Part shown: one piece after another, positions 48,474 to 60,283 of the stretch
Layout of the letters: each line of letters begins with the position of its first letter
Position numbering within the stretch: the first letter of the stretch is position 1
Assembly (NCBI RefSeq): GCF_052425735.1
Contig: NC_135769.1
Location: 20,584,001-20,648,000, forward strand
DNA: 64,000 nucleotides
Direction of reading: 5' to 3'
Origin: Oculina patagonica
Lineage: Eukaryota
Program-made: the position numbers and the translations under genes
Notes under the pieces: model-generated
Database searches by the model: none
Seen by the model: only the letters and a program-made list of their open reading frames with translations
What the model was told of the DNA's origin: nothing

Positions 48474-51400
48474 GACGGGTAATATTTTAGCAAGCGCGCA
48501 CGGTGGTGTCGGGAACTTGCAACCACGAGGTCGCGTTTCGTCACCTTCGAGCTTCGCCATCTTCTAGCAGCATTTCGTTTTCCGGTTTTGGCTTACGCGT
48601 GTTCACAGATATGTTCGAGCAGTTTCTCTGCTTTGGTTGTGTTAAGTGATATTTGAAGCAGTTGTTTATAGTAATATCATAGTAATACGTCGAAAGATTT
48701 CGAGCAATTAGTTTCGTGTTCTTGGCTACGTGTACGTGTGTTCCAAGAGCTGGTTCGAGTGCTTTCGGATGTTTGCTGTATCGTATACATCTTTCAACGA
48801 GTAATAAACAAAAGCATGAACTTTGTCATGTAATACAAGGTAATTCGTTTCGCTAACAAACTGTCAGATTATTTGATCCAAAGAGTGGGTTGAATAAGGT
48901 TAAAAATTGTTTTCTCGAATCTTTGAATGTGCCATATTTTGTTACTCGTGGAATTTTTGGGCTTTTTGGCCTGGAAATTATTGTAAGTTATTTTGAATGT
49001 TATAAGCCCGGGAATATAAAGCTTGCGTGTTGTCACCACGAATAATGTGTTATGTGTTATTTCCGCTAGGAGTTAGTTCCGCGCGCTAGGTGATATATTC
49101 GACTTGAACTTGTGAATATTATTTTGAATGTTATAAGCCCGAGAATATAAAGCTTGCGTGTTGTCACCACGAATAATGTACATGTGTTATGTGTTATTTC
49201 CGCTAGGAGTTAGTTCCGCGCGCTAGGTGATATATTCGACTTGAACTTGTGAATATTTTTAGGACGCAATGGAGTGTCACACAACAAGAAATTCTGCAGC
49301 AAACAATGTCGGTCGTGACGTACATTGCACAGTAAAAAAAGAAGTCTAATTGTGTAGTCCATCGGCATCAATAATTAAAAAAGACAAAAAGACTCCACTA
49401 AACTTAGAATGATGTAAAACAGATTATAAAAAGGCGGGGGCAGCTTTATAGTGAGAACTATTACTAGTAAGTAACTGATAGAGCTAGGACTGACCATTCT
49501 ACACTCTATACAGTACATAAAGGACGAAGGATAACCCGAATAAGTACATTGTGTCCAACCATTTAGACCACAAATGAAGATCTTGATAAATAAGTTTACT
49601 CAGGAGAATAGATAGAGTTCTCTGCTGGATTTTAGAATATTTCACCCATGTTGTCCGTGATAATACAACAGTATTCGACTGTGACCACAACTGGAATCTT
49701 CTTCTATACAAAGAGGCTTATTATATCAAACGCCTAGCACCTTCCCTAAACAATGGACTAAAATCCAGCAGAGAACTCTATCTATTCTCCTGAGTAAACT
49801 TATTGTTTCCGTCTCCTCACTCATAGCTGTATTTAAGATCTAGCTTGTATGTTAATTTTATTAGTCTGATGATGGTATAGTTTATACCGAAATATTACAA
49901 TCTATTTATCAAGATCTTCATTTGTGGTCTGAATTGTTGGACACAATGAACTTATTCGGGTTATCCTTCGTCCTTTATGTACTGAAACTGTCATCAGGTA
50001 CTGGGTTTTACACTCTACAGGACTGTTCATTTTGTATATCGGTTGCTTTCTAACGGAGCTAATCAGAAAAATCGGTGCTTAAACGGGCCAATGCACCTTT
50101 AATTGATCAAGGTCCCCTTTTCAGGATTTTCCAGTGATTACGTCAAAACCTTTTTCGGCCAGAAGAAACGATGCGAAGAGTAGAAAGTAACGAGAATAAG
50201 AAAGCCAAAAAACGGAAGGGAAAGGAGCAAGAAAAAAAATCGGAACGGTTCGGCAAAAAAGTCCACATTTTGGCTTATGTGCATGCACCAAAGTGAAATA
50301 TTGTACATTTTTTCATAAAATCGTTATCAAAATGTTGCTGCAGTGTGAAAAAGTGCTTTTCTAGCGAATTTTAGGGAAATTCAGGATCATAGCACCAAAA
50401 ATCCAGTTTAACGGTTAAAAAGAAATAAAAACCGTTTTTTTGGTGGTGGGGGGGGGGGGGGGGGGGGATTCAGGAGTGAAAGGGTTAACACGTTAACCAA
50501 TAAAGTCACCCCGTCTGTAAAAATAAATTAATCACTTTATTTAAGTGTCAGTTTATTTAAGTGTAAGTATCAACAAAGCTTCTTCTTTACTCGAAAAGGG
50601 TAGCAAACATAAAAGTAAAATTTTCATATTGAAGGACTCTTACCAGCATCTTGGGACACCACAACTGCTGCTAAAGCCACTGAGCCAATAAACAAAGAAC
50701 AAAGAAAATTCAAGCGAACGCCCAGCCACCGTATACAAGCTACCACCATAACACACGCCTGGCTATGAGTATCTTGATATCTGGAGTGAGACATTTGTAG
50801 TTATTCAGTATAAAAATACTTTTTACGCTGGCCTGCGAATACACTTGTTAGCCGCCTTCCATCGCGCACGAAACGACTCTAAATTTGTGATGTGACCTGT
50901 CCACGCTCTCTCAGATTGTGGGGAAACCGCGGGAAGTCTAGGCTCGATCTTCCACGATCTCCCCCGCTCTTTCAAGTCCGGTTCCATTCTCGTCCCCATA
51001 GCCCTTTCGTTTCTCTTAGCCGGCTGGGCCTTGGCACGAGGAAACAAAGAGCTCTGGGGACAAAGGATTTCCAGTCCTAGATTCTAGGACTTCCGGTCTT
51101 CATGTATGCAGTCATGCCGTTTCAAAAGAATGTATGAGAGAGTCGTTACGTTTTCGACTTCCGTTTAGGAATTCTTTGTTCCAAACAGCCAATCAAAAAA
51201 ATTCGAATTAATTCAAAAAATCCTATGTCCCCAGAGCCCTCCGTTTTCTCGTGCCAAGCCGGCTAAGAGAAACGAAAGGGCTATGGGGACGAGAATGGTC
51301 CGGTTCGGGAAACGAGTGCGGGCTCATTCTCCCAAACAGCGGCTGTAAATCTGGCAAATTAATCAAAGAGTAACAAAGCCCTCTTTTTTTCCGTCACTCG

Positions 51401-52976
51401 CCAGCTTTTTTGCAATTTCCACACAAAATGAGAGAGCCTGAACAAGGCCGTTAATCATACCAAGCCACGCCATCGTGCCAGCATGCCAAGGAAAAACTTA
51501 GAATAGTTTGTCGTACACGTAACACCATGTACACATGAGCATATAAAACTAGTCTTCTCAAAACTTGTCCTGCAGGAGAGAGAGAGTAAGAGAGAAAGAG
51601 TACCAGTACGACATAACAATATACATATTTATACCATGCCATAGAAAATACAGCCAATCAGAATACAGGAAAGCCGTTGTATATTCGACGGTATTCAACC
51701 CAACCTTCCCATCGTGCGCTGCGATCTTATTCTCGATGAAATTTAGTGAGCGTATTTTCTATGGCATGGTATAAAATAGTTACACAACACTTTCTCGTGG
51801 TATACTATGGAATATCCCACTTGTCACTTGTATTTTCTTCGTATACACACTCGCCTAAAGCCTCGTATGTATACCGAGAAAATACAAGTGACTCGTGGGA
51901 TATTCCATAGTATACCACTCGAAAGCGTTGCATAACTAGTATATACCTGTAAAATTGTTCCACAAAATCTTTCTGTCTCCCTCTTGTCCTTATGGTGTCC
52001 AGGCCATTCAGTGTCTCCGAAATGTGAGAGAAGACTGGGCTACGGCAAATCGACTCTAACCTTTTCAACTCTCTGGACGCCTTCAAGTAATACCTTGCAA
52101 TGTACACAACCAATACAACCAGCGGCACAATAACAACCAGGAGCCAGGGATTTGCCACAATCGGCAGAAGACACGATCTAATCGCCATTGAGCCCATCTG
52201 GATTGACATCAGAAACTTTTTGGGTAACAGCTCGTCCATGCAGCCTACATCTTTAGAGAATCGATTAAGAATTCTTCCCATGGGATTTGAGTCGAAGAAG
52301 AGAACTGGTGCTTGTAAAATAGCCACGACCATTTTGTCATGCAGACGCTCAGAACACCTCAAAGAAACCAAAAGGAATCCATATGCTCGCATGATGGCAA
52401 ATATGAAGGACCCACCGACAAGGCAACCATAGATAGTCAAGTTCGTTGGGTCTCTTTGATGTTTCTGCTGTTCCTTTGTCAGAAACGAGAGCCACACGTC
52501 GGGAGCAACTATCATTGCTGGGAAAACAGAAGAAGAATGTATAAGTAAGGATAATCTCCTTGGGGTATTTCCTATTGTAGACTGGGTGGGTAGGCTTGTC
52601 TAAAAGGGGTACCTTCTTCAGGCTGGAGGTATATAAAAGGGTAGAGATTTCACCAGTCGAAGTACAGAGAAGGATAGGGATAACTGTCATTTGAAAAAGC
52701 GCCAGAAAAGAAAGAACAGACGCATCTAATGATTGATTCATCTCAGTATTGTAAGGGGTTTATACTCAAATGGAAACGTCAGTTAGAAAGAGATGCAGTA
52801 ATTCTATTGTAGGTATGTGAAAGGAGTACCATTTTCTAGTGTAGGTAGACGAAAGGGTCACTTTTTTGTCCAAAATGGTATATTTAACAATTATTCCACA
52901 AGCGCGCGTTGTCCATGAGATAGTAAAGAACTTAAAAAGCAAACGAGGCGCGTGGCGCCGAGTTGGCTATCATGAA

Positions 52977-53008
<32 letters not shown>

Positions 53009-56000
53009 ATTTATTAAAAAACGCCTTAAGAATTAAAATATTTAAGCTTTGTTGACGAGCATCGGCAACCATTTTTGTGGTCAATGGTATATGAGCTCAT
53101 ATAAAATTGTCTGTCAACCAATCAAAACTCAGGAATTGCAATATACCATTGCTAGTTTTTAATAAAAGAGGGAAAAAGTTTAAACCAGGGGACGGAGCCT
53201 ACCGTATAAAAATCTGTTGGGTGATCCCCCCCCCCCCAGGGGGAGTAAACCATACATACATTATCTAATGACGTAACACTTAATTGAGCTGGAGTACAGT
53301 TTACCTTGGGCGATGACACACAGGAATACTATGGCCAGTATCACTGTGGAATGTACCCCGCTTCTGAAGTAGTTCCAGTATAGCTTGGATGACACGACTC
53401 CAATTACGCGATCTTCTTCCTGTGTTTGAAGACTCCTGGCTTCATTGCCTTCAAGAGCATCAGAAAATTGACTTTTCTCTTCTTTTGCTAAAATCAAGTC
53501 ATGTACTTCGTTTCCCCTCACAGCGGTCTTGTAAAGTGGATCTTCCTTTGTGCATAAAATGTCTTTCTCTTGCAGCTCGATAAAACGTCCTTTTCCAAGC
53601 ACGCGACCTTTGTTAAGTACAATCACTTCATAGGCCTCCTTCATGTACTGTTCTTCATGACAAATCAATACTCGAGTTTTATCGCCCAGCAAACCTTTGA
53701 TGCATTGTCTAAAGATGTGCTGACCAACCTTAAAATCCACAGCACTCAGAGGGTCGTCCAACAAGTAAAGGTCTGCATCAGCGTAAACTGCGCGTGCTAA
53801 GCTTACTCTTGCCCGCTGGCCTCCACTCAGAACTGCACCGCATTCACCAACAACCGCCTGGTCAGAGTCGGGGAATTGTTGGATGTCTTTCGTGAGTGCA
53901 CACGATTTTATAACATTGTTGTACTTATCTCCGTCATATGACTGACCAAACAAAATGTTTTCTCTTATTGTCCCTGAGAAGACCCAAGCTATCTGGGGAA
54001 CATAAACAAGAGTCCCTTGGCAGATGATTGTTCCGCTCATGTCTGAGACCTCGCCAGCGATTGCTGAGAGAAGAGTAGATTTTCCACTGCCTACTGGACC
54101 AGTAATGACCGTCAAACTTCCTGCAGTTGAAGTGAATCCTATATCTTGCAGAACTGTTTTCTTGTTTTCTGGTTTGTACGTCAAGTTTGACACGCAAATA
54201 GCTGGTCTGCCGTTTTGTTCTACAATGTTGGAAATGTGCGGACTTTCGTCTTTATCGTTAATCAGACAACTTTGTAACTTTGCCGAGTTTCCTACAAAGT
54301 CACTTCTGCGCTCTGAAGACTGATTACAGGGAACTGATTGCAGATTGTCTAAGAGAAGAAAATCTTCTATCCTGTTGAGGGACACGTAAGCCTCGTATAT
54401 CGCTAACAAGCCATAGGCTAGACGATGGCATACGCTCATTCGTACTATATTGATGAAAGCGAGCAGCATGAAGACATTAACAGCTGTGACAGGCTGGTCA
54501 GTTAGTACAAGGGTGATAACAGCTACCAGGGTCGCCATAGGAGCTGATGCGTATTCCAAGCCAGCAACAGTTGACAGAATAATATTCTTCTTATGGATGA
54601 TGCCGATTTCATGTCTGAAAACAAAGCAGACTTTTTGAGTTATAATCAGTAAATAACCTCGTTCCCAGGGCTTTTCCCTTGAAATCCAAGGGAAAAGCCC
54701 TGAGAACGAGGTTGATCAGTAAACTATTTTGTCTGAAGATAAATTGTTATGCACTTTGCAACCGTGCCGTTTTTCGCAATAAGTGCAGCACAAAACTAGT
54801 TGCGCTAAGTTTGTCTTGTTTCTGTTGACTTGTTCCTGTCGTGGTTTTGTTAATTCAACAATTATTTCACGAACGTGCGTTGGATATGAGATGGTAGATA
54901 GCCAACCAGGAACAAGGCGCGCGTCCAACAAGCGCGAGTGGAATAACTGTTTTATTAAAAACGTTCGCATCTTGATGAAGCGGGGAGGTTATTAGTGATT
55001 GGAGTTATAAAGTAGGCAGGGAGGAGGAAGGATGGGGCGGGGGCGGGGGGGGGGAGACTAGCTGAATTCTTTCAAGGTGCCATTAGTCATGCAGCAACAA
55101 GATTACATTCTGTTTACCTTCGTGTAGTTTTTATCCTATCTCGGTACTCATCTTCCCACGCATGCGTTTTGATAGCGCGGATTCCAGAAACGGCCTCGTT
55201 CATGAAAGAGATGCGTTGGTCAGACACGTCGGCAGTGCGCAGGCGTAGCTCTGCACCAGTAGAGGACAACAGGATTAAATATGGTATAAGGAATAACAGG
55301 AAAAGGACTCCCATAATTGCCTGCCAGCCGATCAGGTACACGACTAAACTCGTGCCTACAGTGAAATCAAAAATCGTAGGGACCATGTGGGAGATCCACA
55401 TGGGAGCTTCCTCCATTCGCTGCACATCATTAGACACGAGGTCAATCACGTGACCAGTGGAAAATTCTATTAATGCTTGCTTGCTGAGAAGAGAAGTCTG
55501 GATAAAGGTAAAAAAGGCTGCTGTCAAGAAACATTCTTCATAGACGGAGCACATAAGCTAACTTATTAAGGTCGGGACACACTAGGCGACAATTAAGTCG
55601 CAGCGGCAGGTCTCTGCGACAAGTCGCTCCGTTTGTACTGCTTCAAAACAAGGCGCTTGTTCGGTGCACACGCAGCGAATTGGGAAGAGTGAGAATGTGA
55701 ATTAACTATTTTCCAATTCAATATGGCGAAAATACATGACGCTCTCTCATTGGTTAATTTATATTTTGTCGCAGCGACTTGTCGCAGAAGTATGCACACG
55801 CTGAGCAACGCTGCTTTCGCTCATTTTGTCGCTGCGATCAGTCGCACGAATTCAAACTGGTTTAAATTCGTGCGACTGATCGCAGCGACAAAGATTGTCG
55901 CAAAAATGCACCATGTCACATGAGGCAACATGTTGCAGCAACCTGTCCCCGCGACATCAGTGCTGCAGAGACTTGTCGGCTAGTGTGTCCCGACCTTTAA

Positions 56001-56946
56001 TGTACCACTCACACCTAAAATTATTTCACATTTAGCCAAGCTTGATGGTGTTCGTACTATGCTACGCACTCGAGTTACACAACAGTCAAAAATATAAGAT
56101 TGTATGGGGAGAAGAACTAAGTTATTTAACCTGAAAATACCAGTGAATTGACCAAAAAATGACTTACCTCGCTTCAGTAGTTTTTCCTTTGTTTTCAGTG
56201 AGGTTCGAAGGTAGTTTTCAGTTCTACTGCTTTGCCCTACCAACCCCCCACCCCCCCCCCCCAAAAAAAAAAACCGACTGAAGCGAGGTAAGTTATTTTT
56301 TATTCAAAACTCATCGCTCGAATTGTAAGGATTAAACACTCAGTGTTATTCTCCCAACAATCCTTATATTTATCCATTACTGTTTGAGGTGCATATAGGC
56401 TACGTAACTTACCTTAATGTAGACGAGTCCCTTTAACGCGCTGCGAAGTTTAATGCCCAACATATCATTCGTAAAAAAATAATGATGCAAGGCGATGCTC
56501 TTGATTAAATGATTAGCAGCCATAGCTAATGCACAATCGTAAAGAAGAACATTTTTCTGTGGCTCCTCTGATGATATCAATGCGGAAACAAGAAATCCAA
56601 GGAACAACGCTTGCAAAATGCGACCAACTGATTCTAAAAGTCCCGTCGCGACGATGATTAAAACTTCTTTAACAGAGACCATTTTAATCACACTTTTCCA
56701 AAGTTTTGATCTTTTGTTGTTGCGTTTACTGCTAGCTTTCTCGTCGTTCCATTTAACTTGCAGCTTTTCGGTCACTGAACGAGTTTCGTTTTCTTTCGAG
56801 AGCGGTAAAAAATCACCCTGCTCTAAAGCTCGTTCACTTCCTATATTAACGACTTCGTTCATCCATAGAAAGAGAAGGCGGGATAAAATGCTAAAGTTTT
56901 CTTCATCGTCTTTGGCGGAGATCTTTTTGTATCCACTTCTTTTCAT
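46927..56946 (-). CDS. ABCC4: ABCC4/MRP4-like ABC transporter, 1281 aa (exons 56413-56946, 55118-55497, 53305-54614, 51947-52517, 50644-50780, 46927-47840)
   Basis: TMD1-NBD1-TMD2-NBD2 with no TMD0. NBD1: [29 protein letters not shown]2: [23 protein letters not shown]. Exons sum to 3846 nt in frame. Exact orthology among ABCC4-like paralogues is uncertain. Confidence 0.88.
48206..50484. mobile_element. piggyBac-like non-autonomous element (2.3 kb) in last ABCC4 intron
   Basis: TTAA-CCCTTTCACTCCT ... AGGAGTGAAAGGG-TTAA. Internal ~130-bp tandem duplication (~48988-49255) and a nested PLE fragment. Confidence 0.8.
49511..49985 (+). mobile_element. Penelope-like 3' end with inverted partial copy and hammerhead motif
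   Basis: Peptide [36 protein letters not shown] (GIY-YIG C-terminus). 49511-49635 is the reverse complement of 49758-49801 plus 49905-49985. CTGATGA-T-GGTATA-GTT-TATACC-GAAA at 49866-49892. Confidence 0.7.
50985..51297. mobile_element. MITE (CATTCTCGTCCCC...GGGGACGAGAATG) with 9-bp TSD
   Basis: GTCCGGTTC duplicated at 50976-50984 and 51298-51306. Confidence 0.85.
54654..54714. mobile_element. 61-bp palindromic MITE with 9-bp TSD
   Basis: AACCTCGTTC..GAACGAGGTT. ATCAGTAAA duplicated at 54645-54653 and 54715-54723. Confidence 0.8.
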
Positions 56947-57957
56947 GACGCAGATCTAATAAAGGCAAACAATCACTTATTTTAGTTGGCAAATGCAACA
57001 GACAGGGACCAAAAACCAGAATTTGATCTTTAGCATTTTGTTTCGAGTTCCCCTTATTTTATACGTTGCATAATTTTAAAGTACATAGTGAATCGCGTTT
57101 AGAACAAGAGAATACAAACTTACTGGCTTTGAGGAAATTAAATCTTTACAGCGACTGAATGACGGACGAATTTGATACGGCCTCAGGTGATTTTTCGAAG
57201 ATAATAAAACCCATCAAATATTCAAATTAGTTTTACCCTTCTTCCCTGCTACTCTGAAAAACTCAAAGACAACTGGAAATTGGGATTGTAACTAAGGAAA
57301 TACCGAGATGTTTGCCGAGTTCCTAAGTACAGGCAAATAAGCGCTCGATAGCCATAAAATTTATCGTTATACACGAATGTTTTTGCCTATGAATACGTTT
57401 GCTCGAACCCTGGTAATGTGGGAGAATCTTCAATCCGTCTTCTCTGAACATCTAGCTATCTCGAAGGCTGTTAACTGCATCTTGCAAAATTTTAACCGAC
57501 TGATCATGTAAGATCAGAAAACCACCGTTTCGCTTAATCGAAAATCCTCGCACAAGAAAGGAAAAGCTGTCGGCCATACATTTACTACGGCATTTTACAA
57601 GTAAATGAACTCTCGTGGTAATTAACATTATAAAGCACAAAACTGTCCTAGCATGTCGGTGGAACTAGCATCTCTGCTTTAGGATATTTTTGTGTATATA
57701 CCGCATACTAATTAACAATTATTATACATTGGTGTCACCAGCTTGATTTTGATTGGCTATAAGCACGCAGCTAATTCTTGCTTGCTGTTTCTCTTACGTC
57801 ATACTTACAGACATTAGATTTTACATATGTAGAAGTGACGTCATACCTACAGACAATAGTTTTATGCATGCAGAAGTGACGAAAGGTTGTAAGCTTATAA
57901 AAGTATATTTTGTGCGCGCTCTTGTCTTTACAAGTGCAGCTCAGGAATGTGCATAAT

Positions 57958-58110
57958 AAAACAATTATTGGATTCGGTTTTCGCATGATAGCGATAATTA
58001 TCAAGGCCTCAGTTTCTGTTATCCGCCTCAGCCTTCGGCTTCGGCAGATAATAGAAACTTTGGCCTTGATAATTATCGCTATCATGCTCAACCTCATCCA
58101 ATAATTGTTA
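57958..58110. repeat. Palindromic repeat with GCCTTCGGC central hairpin
   Basis: aacaattattggat...gataattatcaaggcc...ggccttgataattatc...atccaataattgtt. Confidence 0.7.
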
Positions 58111-58420
58111 ATTAGACGGCATGCTCAAGGTTTCTATCGGCTGATAGTTGGTGAGGGGCAAAACTCCGACCCAGCTATCAAAGTCGATACAACGCAAGGG
58201 CGGTCTAAATGATCAGAAATCAATCATATCAATCATAGATTGATTTCTGATCACGCCGGGAAAAATTGTATATTGAAAAAGAAAAGAAAAGAAAACCGAT
58301 GACTGAGAGAATATTCTCGTCACGCGCGCACGATTTCACACTGACGTTCCCTCTAATTCTACGTAAAAGGGTCAATGTAATTGTAAAAAACAAATCGACC
58401 ACATTTCCCATGGTGTACTT

Positions 58421-58584
58421 ATACCTAATCGTACCTTTTTGGTACGCTTCGGCTGCGTATCAGGCGAGTTTGGTCTCGCCATGGTTCGTATTTTGGCGAG
58501 ACGCAGTCGAGCCAAAGTACCAATGGCGAGACCAAACGAGCCTGATATGCAGCCGAAGCGTACCAAAAAGGTACGATTAGGTAT
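58421..58584. repeat. Near-perfect ~165-bp palindrome
   Basis: atacctaatcgtacctttttggtacgcttcggctgc ... gcagccgaagcgtaccaaaaaggtacgattaggtat. Confidence 0.85.
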
Positions 58585-58796
58585 TTACCGTACCCAAATT
58601 CAGCCAAAAATCCGGCTATATTTATCGCTTTGTTGAAGCCATGCTTGCAAGGTACGTACTGCAAATTGCGTTGATCATGATTTGGTCTTGAACACTTTTA
58701 CCAAGTTCCTCTTCTGCCTTTTTTTTCCACTCGTTTGTTTAGAGTTTCATTCTCTAAATTTTCAAAATTAAAATTAAGCGAAAAATTTGGAAATTC

Positions 58797-59223
58797 AGTA
58801 GTGTACCCCCAGCAGAATTACTACCATTTTTGAGCAGCCATCTACTAAAAGTGAGCAGCTAGAATAAATTAATTTTGGATGACGTCATAATGGGGTGTGT
58901 GGCTTATGTCTAAAATGCGCGGGAATCTTTAGTGAGGTGAAATAAATTAAAATAAAATGCGCGCGGGAATTTATGCAGCATTATTTATGCCTTGACGTCA
59001 CGACACGATAAGTCTACTTGATTGATAGATTGACAGAGTAGGGAACATAGTCTACTTGAGAGCACTTGTTCCACTGCGGATCGAAGTGAGAGAATTTTAT
59101 AAGAAGCTCCGTTTTTAAATTACTTAAGATATCTTTCCTTTAGCTTACTAGAGGTTTTTGAAGCTCAAATAGATTGAATAAATATTCACGATCGAGCAGA
59201 CAGAGGCTTAACCATGCATTGTT
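58797..59223 (+). repeat. Left terminal inverted repeat (~427 bp, outer boundary inferred)
   Basis: The inner 120 bp match the window end in reverse complement. The outer boundary is placed at the AGTAGT terminus typical of Polintons. Confidence 0.7.
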
Positions 59224-59301
59224 CTCATACAAAGCCGGCGAACGCGCTTGAGTGACCACGGATATAAACATTAGGATTTTAGCGGAACCGAATCGCCTAT
59301 T

Positions 59302-60044
59302 AGAGATGTTTCACATAACTCCACTAGGTACGCAAATTAACCACTGTTGTTGGAAACACCTACTAAATATGCAAATGACAAATTAAACAATGAAAGACCG
59401 TTTGTTGTCATCTTCTCAACCGCTCAGACAATGTAATTATGAATGAAAATTCAAACAATCTTCATGACTATGACACCGATTATATTTTGTATTTTGCACA
59501 GTCTTTCCTGTCTGATGAACGGCTTCGGGATTAAGCCTAGAATTTCACTTTTACCTTTCTTGAGTATACCGTGCTACCAGTTTTTACTTTTACGTTTAGA
59601 AGAATTATAGACAATTATATATCATTAAACAGTACGACATGTCGCTGGGCCAAAAATGTACAAAGTTTACTTTTCTGTCTGATGAACGGCTTCGGGATTA
59701 AGCCTAGAATTTCACTTTTACCTTTCTTGAGTATACCGTGCTACCAGTTTTTACTTTTACGTTTAGAAGAATTATAGAAAATTATATTAAACAGTACGAC
59801 ATGTCGCTGGGCCAAAAATGTACAAAGTTTTACAACGACGGGCTGAAACAATTGGGGATGGCCCGGTATGTCTTCTTCGTTAGAATGAACATTTAGTCCC
59901 ATAGAAATAATTTTCTATTTTTCCTGCCATGCAACATGGCCGCCATGCAAAATTTCACACCAGAATCAAATTTGCATCATTAGAAGGTGTTTCCCACTAC
60001 GGTGGATAATTAGCGTATGTAGTGGAGTTATGCGAAACATCTCT
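59302..60044. mobile_element. MITE nested in the Polinton, with internal ~168-bp tandem duplication
   Basis: ~75-bp imperfect TIRs agagatgtttcacataactccacta.. / ..tagtggagttatgcgaaacatctct, ATT on both flanks. ~59507-59667 is duplicated at ~59675-59828. Confidence 0.65.
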
Positions 60045-60283
60045 ATTATGTACAGAACGAGTCGCGTGAAGAAATATTAAAACTAATTGGTTGCACACAC
60101 GGATTGTAAGTAAAAAACCCTTTTATTTCAATAGTTCAATTTAACGAATTACAATGATTCTCAGTGATTTTAAAAGTAAACACTGCGTTTTGAGCGGCGC
60201 GAAACTTAGACACTGAACACACAAATTGTAGCAAAACTTTATTTACTTCGGTCGTTCGACACAGCGTATCACAATGATGAAAT

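Noticed and set aside
46927-56946. CFTR or SUR/ABCC1 identity
   Set aside because: There is no R domain and no TMD0. The architecture fits short ABCC4-like MRPs.
52100-56959. Plus-strand ORFs overlapping ABCC4 exons (similar antisense ORFs overlap CWC2, LYRM7, GPANK1 and the ATPase)
   Set aside because: Antisense shadows of real coding exons with no independent motifs.
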